From Octopus bimaculoides (taxonomy: Eukaryota), in contig NC_068982.1 of the NCBI RefSeq assembly GCF_001194135.2, forward strand, positions 92,499,818 to 92,563,817: 64,000 bases of DNA, given 5' to 3'. Below, piece after piece: positions 62,772 to 64,000 of this stretch. The notes below the pieces were generated by a model that saw only the letters and a list, made by a program, of their open reading frames with translations, made no database searches and was not told where the DNA came from. The position numbers and the translations under genes were made by a program. Each line of letters opens with the position of its first letter. Positions within the stretch are counted from its first letter, which is position 1.

Positions 62772-63635
62772 CTAAAAACAGGAAAAAATATTTGCAGCAA
62801 TATCCATTATACACATTGTGTCCTTGATAACAGTGGATAATTTCAAGGTACTCCAGTCTACTCAACTGAAAATGAGAACCACACTAGTGCTGGCACAGCC
62901 CCCTCTCCCTGCCTCTCTCTCTCTCTCTCTCCTGCCCCCTACCTCTCTCTTTCAGATTGTCTATGTTCTGCTGGATCAAAGGGTATGAAGGCCAAAAATG
63001 TCTATATATGTTTTTGACTAAAACAATTAGTGAAAGCATCATACATACAACAAAGTCATATTTGCTGCCAGTATGATGGCTATGACTTAACCCTTTAGCA
63101 TTCAGATTACTGTGTCAAATGTAATGATTATTTATTCACATTGTTTTCACCTCTTCCAATGCTCCCCTCCCTTCTCAAAGGATCTTTGTCTTTCAAGTTA
63201 CTTGGTGACCCTGCCAGTGCTGGTGCCACGTAAAAAGCATCCAGTCCTCACAGTAAAGTGGTTGGCATTTGGGAGGGCATCCAGCCATAAGAACCATGCC
63301 AGAACAGACACAAAAGTCTGGTGCAGTCTTCTACCTGGCCAGCTCTTGTCAAACCATGAAATTTATTAAATGGAAACTGTGTGGAAACTCATCAAAGGGA
63401 CTGTTCATGGAAGGTAGATTTAATCTATCACCTGGCTTAACACTACCACCTTGCGTTTAGGTGCCTTCAACAGAATCCCCTTATTTTATAAGCCTTTAGG
63501 CCAGGTCTTTGGCCTGCAGATAACTTTCTCCCTTCTGCTAACCTCTTGGCTGGTTGTCCACTTTTCTTTTGATTAAACTTCATCAATTATGTTCATCACT
63601 AAACACATTGCTTAAATCTATACATGTATATGTAT

Positions 63636-63666
<31 letters not shown>

Positions 63667-64000
63667 AAACACAAACCCCTTCAGGTAGATGGCCCTGCTC
63701 AGTATGTAGAAAAGGAGTAGGTAGTAACTCTATAAGATGTACCCGGTGCAAGCTATGGACACATAAGAGGTGCAGCAACATCAAAGGCAGGTTAACTAGC
63801 AAGTTAGTTTTTGTTTGTGGCAGATGTTCAGGTGCAATAAAGACTGTAAGCAAACAGGAAACAACTTCTATCTCATTCCAGGGTGAAAAACTAGAGGTAG
63901 TCGATAGCTTCCGCTATCTGGGCGACCAAGTTAGTAGTGGGGGTGGGTGCGCTGAAAGTGTAGCTGCTAGAATAAGAATAGCCTGGGCAAAGTTTAGAGA
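63667..64000 (+). mobile_element. 5'-truncated, apparently young RTE-type LINE of the same family, running off the window
   Basis: Stop-free frame PSGRWPCSVC...VDSFRYLGD...RIRIAWAKFR; matches the reverse complement of about 50830-50950. Confidence 0.88.

Noticed and set aside
63430-63470. Possible PDZ1 upstream exon ending ...GSVKPG|gt
   Set aside because: In-frame TAA a few codons upstream and no acceptor; the exon is probably beyond the window

Overview
AT-rich, gapped animal genomic DNA. Dense (TA)/(CA)/(ATG)/(TAA) microsatellites, tRNA-derived SINEs and RTE, Dong/R4 and Penelope-like remnants suggest an octopus-like cephalopod draft assembly; this is an inference from repeat content, with no search run. 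Most of the window (about 13.7-62.8 kb, minus strand) is one multi-exon gene. I assembled it by hand from GT-AG boundaries with consistent phases: a delphilin/GRID2IP-like formin with the order PDZ - HN - PDZ - HN - HN - long linker - very short FH1 - FH2. Its first exon(s) lie beyond the right edge, and part of FH2 falls in an N gap. A Ser/Arg/Pro-rich terminal exon of an unidentified plus-strand gene ends at 5582. The introns hold a degenerate Ty3/Gypsy (Mag-like) element with both LTRs and a TSD, plus LINE, Penelope-like, Tc1/mariner, Merlin-like and SINE remnants. The most notable points are: an intron-containing elongator tRNA-Met(CAT) gene; a CpG-rich motif cluster with a candidate structured RNA next to it; an apparent third harmonin-N-like domain in the formin; two long fold-back structures downstream of the formin stop codon; and a doubled primer-binding site in the LTR element. 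I found no evidence for a wholly new multi-gene system. All coordinates and counts are manual, and all homology calls come from remembered motifs.
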